DNA from: Eledone cirrhosa
Lineage: Eukaryota
Reading direction: 5' to 3'
DNA length: 64,000 bases
Assembly: GCA_964016885.1 (NCBI GenBank)
Contig: OZ024748.1
Coordinates: 35,650,001 to 35,714,000, forward strand
Numbering within the stretch: position 1 is the first letter of the stretch; each line of letters begins with the position of its first letter. Shown piece by piece: positions 42,089 to 53,461 of the stretch. A model generated the notes under the pieces. It made no database searches and was not told where the DNA came from. It worked only from the letters and a program-made list of their open reading frames with translations. A program made the position numbers and the translations under genes.

Positions 42089-42123
<35 letters not shown>
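42086..42123. repeat. (TA)n microsatellite
   Basis: Pure dinucleotide run. Confidence 0.95.
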
Positions 42124-42124
<1 letters not shown>

Positions 42125-42294
42125 TCTGTGTGCGTGTTTTTATATATTTTTTAAACTCATTTTCAGAGAATCTGTTGTTATAGGGATTGTTTCTGTTTTT
42201 GTCATCCACATTGGGACTACTTCCATCTTCAGATATTTATATTTAAATAATAATTGCTGTCGTCATTGTTATCATTATTATTATTATTATTTTA

Positions 42295-42478
42295 ATGGGC
42301 TTTCTCCACAAATGTCCTTCGGAAGTCTCCCCACTATTGGGGAATTTTTCATTGTTATTTTTTTGTTACATACTCTGTTTTTGTTTTTTACATGCAGAAA
42401 TGCCCATTTGTACCGTCCTGTATTGTCCTGTACTGTCCTTAATGTTTACTTTATGTAAACCCTTGTGGTTAATAAAGA

Positions 42479-42515
<37 letters not shown>
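42295..42515 (+). mobile_element. 3'-terminal fragment of an L1/Tx1 LINE (family of 46984-52733) with AATAAA and (ATT)n tail
   Basis: Highly similar to 52538-52733 (ATGGGC..TCTCCAC.AATGTCC...TATTGGGGAA...GCAGAAATGCCCATTTGTACCGTCCTGTATTGTCC...AACCCTTGTGGTTAATAAAGAAAG). Flanked by ATT runs. Confidence 0.85.
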
Positions 42516-45500
42516 GTTCTTTGAGTCTCAGTCATTGATGTTGGTTAACTGGAAAGTTTGTTGAAATGAATATCAACCCACTATCTGCAGCCTCAGATAT
42601 TTAGGACGTATCGGAGGGTTCTTGCTGTTCCCAGCAAGTATGCCTTTTGAAGTGTTCCAAAAAGCGGGGCGGGGTCAATTTTCTTTAACCATCCCTGGAA
42701 ACTCTTTGAGATAGTACCTAGTGCGCCTATGACAATCGGGACCACTTTGACTTCATGGCAGTTCCAAATCCTTTTTACCTCCCACTTTAAGTCCTGGTAT
42801 CGGTTAATTTTCTCCCTCTCCTTCTCTTGCACTCTCGTGTCGAATGGCCAGGCCACATCCACAATCAGGCACAATCTTTTTTCCTTGTCCAAAACCACCA
42901 GGTCAGGTCTATTGTGTTCCAGTTTCTTGTCCGTCTGTATCCTAAAACCCCACAGCACCTTCACCTGATCGTTTTCTATCACCGACTCTGGCTTATGCTC
43001 ATGCCACTTCTCAGAATGTGGTAAATTGTTTACTTTGCATAGGTGCCAGTGGATCACCCTGCCCATCACATCATGTCTCCAGCTTTTATAGTGAGTCTGG
43101 GCTAGGTGTTTACACTCAGATACAATGTGAGCCACAGTCTCCTCTCTCTCTCAACAGATCCTGAACAGTGAGCTAACCTCCTCCTTGTAAATGTGGTGTT
43201 TCAGCCACTTCGTTTTGAGGGCCTACTCTTGCGCAGTCATTAGCATTCCTTCTGTAGCCTTTTTAAGGTCTTTTCTTTTCAACCAGTTCCATGTCTGTGG
43301 ATCTCTGAATTCAGTTTTCTCAAAGAAGGTACTATGAAGGGATTTTTCATGAAGGTTGCTCTTTCTCCTTGTTGTTATTTCATCCTTGGACATCCCCTGG
43401 TCTATTGTCCAGTCCTTCAGTACAATTCTGAGCATTGGCTCCCTACTATCAGTCACGTATTTGTGTAGGTTGTTTTTCCCTCTATGCTGATAAGACCTCT
43501 TCCACCTTCAGATCTCCTTAAGTAGAGTCTATCGACATCACTCCTCTTGTGGAACATGTTGTAGATAGTCAATAGCTTCCTAGTCTTCCTATCCATTTCT
43601 TATTGTTCAGCAACATTCCATCTCAGAATTCCCGCACTGTACCTAATAATAGACACAACTTGGGAATTTACTGCACTTATGGCATTCCTACTGTTCAGAT
43701 GTGACTTTAATACGCTCCTTATTCTCCGAATGTATTCAGATCCTATCAATTCCTTCATTTTTTGTTCTTGATGTCATCAGCCTCCAGAACACCCAAATAC
43801 TTGTATACTTCTTCAGTGTCAATTTCCTTTATCATCTCACCTGTTGATACCTGGATTCCGTTGCTTCTGCTCAATTTACCCCTCTTCATCACAAAGACAC
43901 CACACTTACTAATATCAAATTGCATACATATATCATTGCTGAAAATACGGACAGTGTCAACAAGCACATCCAACTCCTTCTCATTCTTCCCGAAGAGCTT
44001 AAGATCGTCCATGAAGAGGAGGTGATTGATGGTAAGGTCTCCCTTTCCCAACTTGTATCCTGCTCTCACTTTTCGCAGTATAATGGTCAGGGGCATCAGA
44101 GCAAGGACAAACAACAGAGGGGACAGATTATCTCCCTGGAAGATACCTCTCTTGATCTTCACGCCTCCCAAGGATTCTCCAGCTGATGTTAACTCTGTTT
44201 TCCAGGACTTCATACTTTTGCTCAAAAACTAATGAGGAATTGCAAGACCAGTGTGTCTCCTCTTGCAATTCCTCATTACCATCTTATCAATAAGTAACTG
44301 GTCCTTTGTACCACGGGACTTCTTTCGGCATCCTCTCTGTTCGTCCGGTAACAAGTTGTTTGTGTGGAGGTGATGGCAGATTTCCTCAGACACAATGCTT
44401 TTCAACAGTTTACACATTACGGACGGACAGACATGTGATAGGTCTATAGTTGGTAACATCATTACCCTTGATTCGGTCTTTCATTACCAGAACTGTGGTA
44501 CCTTTTTTCAACCACTCTGGTACCTCACCTGACATCAAGCAGTCATTGAACATGGTTGTCAGTTTCGAGTGGAGGGATGTTATATTTTTAATCCAATACC
44601 CCTGCACACCATCTGGGCCTGGTGATTTCCAGTTGGTTAGTTTTTTGGCCTGCCCCTTAAGAGTTTCAACTGTGATACTCAAATCAGTTTGTTGGTGTGC
44701 CTGTTCACTAATCTCCTTTTGTACTGTCTCAATCCACACTGCCAGGTCATTATGTTTAACATCCTGCTCCCATATTCCTCTCCAGAATGTCTTAGTTTGT
44801 TCCGCCTCAGGGATCAAGTCGTTGCCTCTTTCTTTCCCTTCAGGATGTCCAAACAACATCTTCTGGTTGTTGTCAAACATGCGGTTCTGTCTATACTGAC
44901 TGACTCTGCTCTCGTATCGCCTAATTTTTGCACTCTTTGCTACAATGCGTTGCTTCAGTTCCTCTATGATAATATTTAGCTTTTTCCTCCTAGTTTTGTA
45001 CTTTATTTCCAGTCTATTTTTAGTGTCTATGATTTTTAGTGTCCCATTCAGTAGGGACTCAAGCTTTCCAATGTCATTTCTCATTTCCCTGATTTGACCA
45101 TTCAGTCGTTTTTTCCACCAAGTTTTTTCTTGTATGTTGTTTCCTCTCGCTTTTATGCCAAGTAATTTCCTCACCGCATTTGCTGCTGCTTTGAGGATAT
45201 TGTTGCACTGGTGAAGGCTCCTCGCCTCAAGGTATGGGATGACTTTGTTTACCTTAGCTGTTGTTTCTTTTAACTTTTTCCTGTCTACAAATCTTAGGTT
45301 CATAGGTTTCCCACGATCATTGTTCCATTCATCTACCACTAAGTTTAGGATATCAACCAAATCTTGTCCTAGCCCGTCAGCATTCATCTCCTCAATGGCC
45401 GTATCTTTGTTCCAGGTATTATTTATTTCAGCATTCAGATCATTGTCTGCTTCGGATGGTTCCTCCGTTCTCTCAACCTCTTCACCTTCATTTCCCACTG

Positions 45501-46015
45501 GCTCGTTTGCCTGGCATACTCCACTCTCCATTTCCAACATAATCTCTCTGCTCAGTTCCTCCAGTTCCAGCTCGCTTATCCACCCATTAGTTCTTATTAC
45601 CCGAGCCTGCCCGGCCAATTTTTGTTCATCTAATTTAAATAGACCAATCTCGTTCCAGATGTTATGCATCCGTTTCCTATAGCCTTTCTCCTTGGGGTTA
45701 CGCTTCAGGTAACATTGCATAAGAGTTCTATTCAATTCTTTCGTCCAGTTGGTTCTGGTCCCTTTCCTTCTTCTTCTTCCTCCGACACCAGCAGTATTTG
45801 GTTGACGGCCAGGTTCCTGCTGCTGAGCCAGGGAGCACCTGCTGGGTGAGAGTCTGTCACATGACATTCCAGTTTCCACTTCACCGTTATTCGAACAGTT
45901 TAGGTTCGACATTTAAACACTCTTATCGAGGATTGGTGAATGTATGGTTACATAACCACCGGTGATTTCATCACCCCCGGTGATTTTAGTGTGGCACTAT
46001 CACGCTGTAGACGAA
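42516..46015 (-). mobile_element. R4/Dong-type non-LTR retrotransposon (single ORF, RT + restriction-like endonuclease), near full length, decayed
   Basis: Single long interrupted ORF, short 3' UTR ending in (TAA)n, ~100-nt 5' leader. The 5' boundary is approximate. Confidence 0.85.
42593..45912 (-). pseudogene. RT-RLE polyprotein (R4/Dong clade) with frameshifts, stops and internal deletions
   Basis: RT motifs WKSPGPDGVQGYW, YRPITCL, EQRGCRKKSRGTKDQLLID, GIFQGDNLSPLLF and HLLFMDDLKLF. ETVAHIVSEC and RH motif, then NRPDLVV...DVAWP...K..RY (PD-D-K RLE). The IDYKKAFD block is deleted near 44240. Confidence 0.9.
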
Positions 46016-46304
46016 CACAAATAAACAAACAAACAAATAGGTAAACCCCCCCCCCCCAAAAAAAAATATAAGCATATGTTTCATTGTAATGTAATGTTTG
46101 AATGTCTGACTTAGTTTTTTTTTTCCCCTTCTCTGTCTGTCTGTTTGTTTTTATTTTCTTTTTTCTTTTCTTTACGTTTTTCCTTGCTGCTGTGCTGTTT
46201 TAATTTTGATTTTTGGTTTTTTTATTTTTTGACCGGGTCATCAAATCAGTCTATTTATATCTTTCGATGCCTTCCTCTTTTAGTGGGAAAACTACGATGC
46301 CTGT

Positions 46305-46456
46305 CTTAGCAGGAGGTAGTGGGAGAGAATAGCGGCGGTAGCGATAATAAGGCAGTGGTGGTGGTGGTGGTGGTGGTGCTGTGCTAGTAGTACTTAGCAG
46401 GAGGTAGTGGGAGAGAATAGCGGCGGTAGCGATAATGAGGCAGTGCTGGTGGTGAT
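46305..46456. repeat. Short direct duplication (CTTAGCAGGAGGTAGTGGGAGAGAATAGCGGCGGTAGCGATAAT) around a (GTG)n tract
   Basis: Identical ~44-nt block at ~46305 and ~46393. Confidence 0.85.
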
Positions 46457-46847
46457 ATGATCGTAGTACTGTAGTGATGGTGTTGAAGTTGAAGTAGAAA
46501 TAGAAGTTGAGGTAACTTGACTAGAGTTTTTGGCGTGGTAGTGGTGATGGTGGTGAAATTATTTGCCTGTCTGTCCACTTAGCCATTTTGCCATTTTTCT
46601 CTTTTTCGACTATAACATTTCTGATCCAAAATTAAATATTAAATATTGGGGCCCTATGCCGTAATGTGATGCGTTGTGGCTTGCTGAGCGTAAAAACTGT
46701 AATCTTATACTTCATTTGTAATAAGAATTATTCTATCACAGTTGTTTTAAATAAGTAAAAATCAAAAACTTACGAGAGCGATTCCATATCGATATATCCA
46801 CCATGTGCATTTTCTTCCCTAATTATTATTATTATTATTATTATTAT

Positions 46848-46950
46848 TTCCCGCCAAGGTTAACTTTGTCTTTCATCCTTACGGGGTCGATAAAATAAAG
46901 TACCAGTAATGCACTGGGTAATTGCTGGCCTTGTGCCTAACGTAGAAACA
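46848..46950 (+). mobile_element. 5'-truncated tRNA-derived SINE (MetaSINE-like central domain)
   Basis: CTTTCATCCTTACGGGGTCGATAAAATAAAGTACCAG core, 3' end GCTGGCCTTGTGCC...GAAACA, (ATT)n on both sides. Homologous to the full-length copy at 58893-59120. Confidence 0.8.
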
Positions 46951-47186
46951 ATTATTATTATTATTTTTATTATTATTATTATTGGCGACCTACGTAGGAA
47001 ATCGTATTATCGTGATCTCCGCAAAGGTTTGTTGTTTACAGTTGTTTCAAATTGCCATTTATGGAAAAATGTTGTTGTTAAGTGTTTATAAGTTCACATA
47101 TATTGCTTTCGGAAAAGGACACTCAAAAGAATTGGGGCCTTGAGCCCAAAATTTAAACTTTTATAATTATCAAACAAAAACTTTCT

Positions 47187-49135
47187 TTGAAAAAAAACAT
47201 GGACGACTCACAGCCACACGAAACTGACAGCCTTCCTCACAAACTAACACCTCACACCAACACCACCATTGTAAATATTACTACGTTTGCCAACACTAAA
47301 CATATAAGCAGTAGCAATAATTTAAATTTGTCACATGCAGACATTCATTTCCCGCCATTACCAATAACTGCAGGTGTTAAAGCCGCCATCCACACCACCA
47401 CTACAGCGACAACAGAAAAAAAAAATTATTATCTCGTGACATCGAAATGGATTCACCCAGAATCGATTCTTCCACACCGAACACCACCACCACCACCACC
47501 TCCACCACAACTGAAACTAAAAACAACAATAAAAAAAATAACAATAACAACAACAGCAACAACAACAACAATGAGAATAAGAACAAAAACATCAACACCA
47601 CCGCAAATGTGTGGTTTGCCAAAGCAGCCAAAAAAGCGAAACAATCGAGGTAAGCCAGGATGAATTAAATGAAGCCAAGGGAATGGTAAAAAAAGAGGGG
47701 TACAGGGTCAGCCTCACCCCCACCTAATAAAATGGAGCACCGGCGCCTATGCACCGTGTCTTATCGGACGATAAACACAAAATCACGCCGAGTGGAACGG
47801 GCATCCGAGTCCCAAATACAAAAAGCTTTGGGACATGTGTGGGCGAAAAAACCCCACATCAGACGTGGGCAGAAATATGGAACCGTGGACGTGTTCTTTG
47901 GAACACCACAGGTGGCCAGAGAGCACTCCATGGCCCCATTAAGAAGCGACGACTTCACACTCGTCCCAAGCTATTGTGACCAGAGACTCGTGAAGATCAG
48001 AGTGACCCACGTTCCACCGGCCATCGCAATTGCCTGCCGTCCTCGCCAGCATCGAGGCCAACACGAAAATAATTGAAATAACAAAAGAAAAGCAGGAGAA
48101 CTGGTCCGGATCTGGGATGGAGCTCCTGATCCAAGCAGACCAAAAGAGCATTGAGGAAATTCCAGAGGTGATAGACCTCACTGACAGCAGCCACCCCACC
48201 GTAATCGTTGAGGGTATAAGGCCTAGGTGTGTTGTTTGTGGTGAAGGAACCCACCTAAAGGCTTTTTGACCTCAGGCTAAAAAGTTGAGGCCACCTCTCT
48301 TACCCACCCCAGTGACTCAACCATCAAAACCAGCAGCAGAAATGGCAGCAACAACAGAAGCAACTGTAGCAGCAACAACCCCAGCAACAGTAGCAAAACC
48401 AACACCTCCACCACCCACTGCGCCAGAACTAGCACCAACGCCTACATCATCCACCACGCCACAACCAAAACCAACGCCTGTGGAGGATTTTCCACTCCCC
48501 GACCTATCGCAACTGGAGACAGATTGTGACGACGAGGAGTGGGAAACTGTATCAGGAAAAAAGAAAAAAAGAAAAAGAACCCCAAAAAGAAAAAAATCCA
48601 CTTCCTTCCCCCTCCAAAAACAAAATACAGGGGGAAACAAATAAACTAACAAACAAAAAAAGTTAGGACAGCTATGCCACCATGCACACCAGCATCACCA
48701 ACCCCATCACCACAAACACCATCACCATCACCATCATTAACCCCAACACCACCATCACCAACACCACAAAAGGCACCAAAAAGCGCAACAGAAACAAACC
48801 CACAACAAACGCAAACAAAACAAAACAACCAAAACGATACACACTACACAGCATTAAATTTGAACAACAACCAATTATTACACTACATCCAACACAACAC
48901 CAGCATCACAGAAAAAGACTACACAACAACCCCAAAATTCATACCACCTCCACACATGCAAATCACTCGCATCATACAGAAAAGGTACACGACACTAAAA
49001 CAAAAATTCCCCAAGGACATCGGAGACTTCCGACAAGCACTCTCCATGAGGATTTATAAGGACATCCTTCCGGAGGAGGCCACAGGCAGTGAGAAGGAGG
49101 GAGAAACCATCCTTCCTCTACGAGAAGTAAGGTAA
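47187..49135 (+). pseudogene. Tx1 ORF1 (gag-like nucleic-acid-binding protein), disrupted
   Basis: Zinc knuckle RPRCVVCGEGTHLKAF* (CX2CX4HX4C with the last Cys codon now TGA), Pro/Thr-rich tracts, EWETVSGKKKKRKR. Spread over several frames; start uncertain. Confidence 0.7.
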
Positions 49136-49169
49136 GTGGTCTTTCCCATCTTTTCCACTCCTTTTCAAC

Positions 49170-52100
49170 ATGACCTCACTCAGAATAGGCAGCATAAATG
49201 CGCGTGGCTTGGGGTCGTCACGGAAGCAGGGCCACCTGCTCAACGACCTCAGATCACTAAACATAGATGTGGTGGTCATCAGAGAGACCAGAATCTCCAA
49301 AGCACGGGCCTTCGCACCGATCTTCGGCGGCTACGATGTGTACGCATCTCCCAGCCGCCCTGGATAGGGGGGAGGAGTTGCTGTGCTTTTTCGGAGAGGT
49401 TTGGATCTCGCCATACCAGCCATCTTCCTGGACGCAGAAGGTAAGTTGGTGATGCTGGACGTGACCAGTGGAGACGGGCAAGCTTTCAGGCTAGTGGCCG
49501 TCTATGTCCCGACAGGAGCAGGCGGCCTGATTTCTTCCGGCGTCTGGAGACTTTTCTTGGTACGTTCTGCTCTTTAGTGTTAGTGGGCGACTGGAACGGG
49601 ATCTTAGATGCACGCTGGGACTGTGTGGGATTAGTGGATAGGGGAGGAGGGTGCAAGAGCCTCACCAACCTGCTCAGGCGTTTTGAACTGTCTGACAGGT
49701 ACCGATTGGATTTCCCGAATGTGTCAATGTGGACATGGCAGGGAAATAGATAGGTCTAGCATAGGCTGTCCACATTTCAAGATAGTCAGCTACACGGACC
49801 ACAAATTCCTGATCTGTGTGGTTGAATTAGATAGGCTTCATAGACAAGGACCCGTCCACTGGAAGCTAAACGCGTCATTACCAGCGCTCAAGGCCTACAG
49901 AGACCGGATTAGCGAACTAGTTAAGCGGGCGTTGACGGGGGCCATCGTCAACAACAAGTGGTAGTTTGCTCTGAAAAGAGCGATTAGAATAGAGTCCATT
50001 AGGTTTAGTAAGGCTTTAGCAATAGAGAAAAATAGAGCAGAGGAAGAACTAATTAGAAAATTAGACGAGGCGCTTAGCACAGGCATCGCGACCGATATAC
50101 TTGCCAATTCTTCAATGCAAAGCACGAAGGCTGCGTTGTTAGAGCTAGGGTGCGTGCTCTCAGCCGTTCAATGGGCCCGAGTGGCGGAGGCGCGTCGTGG
50201 CAACAAAGCCGCGATCTGGTGTTTGGTGGACCACGACGGGCACATGCTATTCGATCCCAGGCAAATGTGTGAAGCTTTTCAACGACACTTCGCTCAGCTG
50301 TTCGGGGGCAGCGGCGGGCCGGATCGAGGGATGGTTTTTAGTGTCTACCTCGACGGACTGCCGCTCTCGGCCACTAAGGCGGAGTGTTGCGAAAAGCCCA
50401 TAACAGCAGCTGAAGTACGGGAGGCAATGACTGGCTGCACAAGTGGTAAATCGCCTGGTTTGGATGGTCTGCCCTATGAACTTTACGTACATATGCCAGA
50501 CTTGTTCGGAGGCCTCTTGCCGGACGTCTACTGCAACTCGCAACATAACGGGAGAATTCCCAGCTCTGTGAGTCGAGGAGCGGTGGCGTTGCTGAGAAAG
50601 GATCCGAACAAGGGGGATAACATAGATAATTTCAGGCCCATAACTCTGCTAAACACAGAGTTCAACATTTGGCCAAGGTGCTAGCAAAGAGGTTGGCGCT
50701 TGTCGTTGGTGGTCTGGTGGGAGAGGCGCAGACATGCGCCATTCCAGACAGATCCATCCACGACAACCTCCTCCTCATGCGATACATCGTGGATTGGGTA
50801 GCTAGGAAACCTGGCACGGGTGGGTCCTTGATCAATTTAGATCAGTCGAAAGCTTTCGATAGGGTCGACCATCGTTATCTGGCAGCAGTCCTGAGGGCGG
50901 ATGGCTTTGGGCCCGTCTTCAGAGGCTGGATCGCTGCCATGCACAGCGACATCTGCTCTGTGGTGAGAGTGAACGGTCACCTTTCGGAACCGTTCAACAT
51001 CATGCGTTCGGTCCGCTAAGGATGTCCCCTCTCGTCCCTCTTGTACGTATTGACTCTCGAGCCATTACTGCACAAACTGGAGACGTTGAGGGGGGTCTCG
51101 CGCGAACTAGGATGCGGAATATCCGTGTCAGCATATGCGGACGATGTCACCGTAGTGGTGTCGAACGCCAAACATATCGAGGCGATCGGCACTACACTAA
51201 GAGAATACGAAGCGGTGACAGGAGCAATGATCAGCCAGGAAAAGTCAGTGGGCCTGCAGCTCGGCACCTGGAAAGGCAGGTGCATGCCGTCCAACAGCGT
51301 CGTCGGGCGTTGGACGGACTGGTTAATTTGCTCAGGGTCTGGTTCGGTCCGGACCTCCAGACGGACCAAAACTGGGACAAGGTGACGAGCAGGGTGGCCT
51401 CTCTCAACCAGAAAGGGGCAGAGAGGAAGCTATCCCTGAAAGATCGAGCGGAGTGGCGAATGCGTACATCGCGTCCGTCATCTACTACCGTCTGACCGTC
51501 GTGCCATATCCTAAGCCTCGCCTGACTGCGCTGGAGCGTTTGTTCTTTTGCTTTTTGTGGAAGGGACGCGCTCCGATGGTCAGGCGGTCCATCTGCTGTC
51601 AACACTCGCTTCGTGGAGGGCTGGGCATGCCGTGGCTGATGATGCGCAGACACGCGTTTAAGCTACGACATCTCCACCTCTTCCTCGACGGTGATCAGGT
51701 GTGGTCGCCTTTTGTTAGACTGTCTTTCTCCAGCTCGTCTCCTTGACGGAGTTGCAGTCCTGGGTCAAGCGAAGACCGAGAGGGAGCGCTTGGAGACTGG
51801 AATGCCGTCAGGCGCTCACAACCCTCGATCAGTCGGGCAATGTGATCGGTGGAAATTCCACCTTGGCGTTCTCCAGAGGATTAGTGGAGGGAAGAGCAAC
51901 GACGTACTTGGGGAAACTCTAGGCGTCGACGAAAATCAACTAGCCAATCTCTTCGGAAGAACTTTCGGGCCGGGGTCTATGGACAACTTTCAGAAATCCC
52001 TGGCCTGGCATTGCTACTGAGGAGCTTTGCCAGTTCGGGATAAACTCTACAGGCATGGAAGTGCCGTCAGCCGGGCATGTCCGAGATGCGCGTAGGGCGA

Positions 52101-52473
52101 CGAAACCGTCCTGGACGCACTCGTTCAGTGTCCGAGCATTGCTGTCACGTGTAGGACGGATCCGGCTATCAGCTGAGTCCATCGTTCCATCGTGAGGATT
52201 GCCCCGCCCTCTTCCTTTAGCCGGGAAGGGCAGGCAGTTTTTATCTGTCTGGTGGCCACGGCGAAAGAGATAGTATGGTGGACGCGTTTGAAAGTGCTGA
52301 AGACGAGCACTTACCTCTTCGGTGATGCTCTGATTAACTTTTTCAAATTTCGTTTGAAAAGGAAAATCAGGGTAGAGAGAGAAGTGCTCTCTTCCCAGCA
52401 TTTTGTTGAAAGATGGGTGAGAGAGGCAAACATGGCCCGAGTGAAGGGGCCTACTCTGAGTATGTGCCTGTAA
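49170..52473 (+). pseudogene. Tx1 ORF2 (APE endonuclease + RT + C-terminal Zn motif), many frameshifts and stops
   Basis: GSINARG, VYVP, GDWN, TDH, KSPGLDGLPYE, FRPITLLN, DQSKAFDRVDH, AYADD, CPRC. Colinear with the ORF2 at 53462-56880. Confidence 0.92.
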
Positions 52474-52733
52474 ATTGAAAGTGGAAAACTGGGAGAGGGC
52501 ACTTGCCCTGGTGGTTAGGATCACCATGGCTTTTTTAATGGGCTCTCTCCACGAATGTCCCTTGGAGGTCTCCCCCTATTGGGGAATGTTTCATTGTTTC
52601 CTTTTTTTGTTACATCCTCTGGGTTTGTTTTACACGCAGAAATGCCCATTTGTACCGTCCTGTATTGTCCTGTATTGTCCTTAATATTTTACTTTGTATC
52701 AACCCTTGTGGTTAATAAAGAAAGCATTATTAT

Positions 52734-52828
52734 CCGAAGTTTACTTTGCCTTTCATCTTACGGGGTTGATAAAATAAAGTACCAGTAATGCACTGGGTAA
52801 TTGCTGGCCTTGTGCCAAATGAGAAACA
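52734..52828 (+). mobile_element. 5'-truncated SINE (same family as 46848-46950)
   Basis: GCCTTTCATCTTACGGGGTTGATAAAATAAAGTACCAGTAATGCACTGGGTAATTGCTGGCCTTGTGCCAAATGAGAAACA followed by (ATT)n. Confidence 0.8.
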
Positions 52829-52849
52829 ATTATTATTATTATTATTATT

Positions 52850-53432
52850 GACGAAAGTGGATGTACGCACAAAGTGGATGTACGCACAAACACCCCCACA
52901 AAAAAATACACACACCACCCACACAAACATTTTCCCCACAGCATCACCAACACAACCACCAAAATCCCCCAAACGCAAACAAGCTAAACAGACACAAGAA
53001 CAAAGAGACAAACAAACATCAGAAACTACAGACACCCCACCCACAACAAACGCAGACACAATAGAAACAACACTAACAAAGCTATCACCACCACAATCAC
53101 ACGAACAAATAAAACCCGAGCAACAAAACATTAAAAACTTCGTGCTTGCCAGAAGGGCCAACAAGGAATTGATGGCCCATGTAGCACGAAGCACAAACAT
53201 CGAAAAAGAGGGGGAAACATTTGAAGCGAGCACATTTCGCGTACCAGATAATTTGCTTCTGATGCGAATGTCGCTCATTTCATACAAAGAAATTCGAAAG
53301 AGCTTTCCTCGGGATGTGGGAACCCCGAACGTAAAACCCACTTCAAGACTATTAAAGGGGTTCCCAAAAGAAACCCCACAAACCATGGAGGTCGAACCAC
53401 CCGACCTTCACAAGACCCCGGAAGGTAAGTAA
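52850..53432 (+). pseudogene. C-terminal part of Tx1 ORF1 (truncated)
   Basis: Open Thr/Pro/Gln-rich frame ending 29 nt before the ORF2 ATG. The ORF-track start at 52788 is SINE/microsatellite read-in, not a real start. Confidence 0.7.
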
Positions 53433-53461
53433 ACCTTTCCTCTCCCATTCATCCTGCCAGC

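Larger units (their letters stand above)
46984..52733 (+). mobile_element. L1/Tx1-clade LINE copy 1, apparently full length but decayed
   Basis: 5' UTR, ORF1 and ORF2 remnants, 3' UTR with AATAAA (52714) and ATT tail. Begins right after an (ATT)n run. Confidence 0.9.

Noticed and set aside
42170-42240. CTGAAGA...GAAAC on the minus strand as another hammerhead
   Set aside because: No convincing helix I or III and no suitably placed NUH triplet.
46984-47030. HDV-like ribozyme at the 5' end of Tx1 copy 1
   Set aside because: No P1 partner for GGCGACC and no nested pseudoknot found by eye.
53425-53460. 36-nt GT-AG micro-intron fusing Tx1 ORF1 to ORF2
   Set aside because: Splicing gives GAA-GCA-TGG, out of frame with ORF2, and copy 1 lacks the AG acceptor. 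Only the donor-like motif is kept as a finding.
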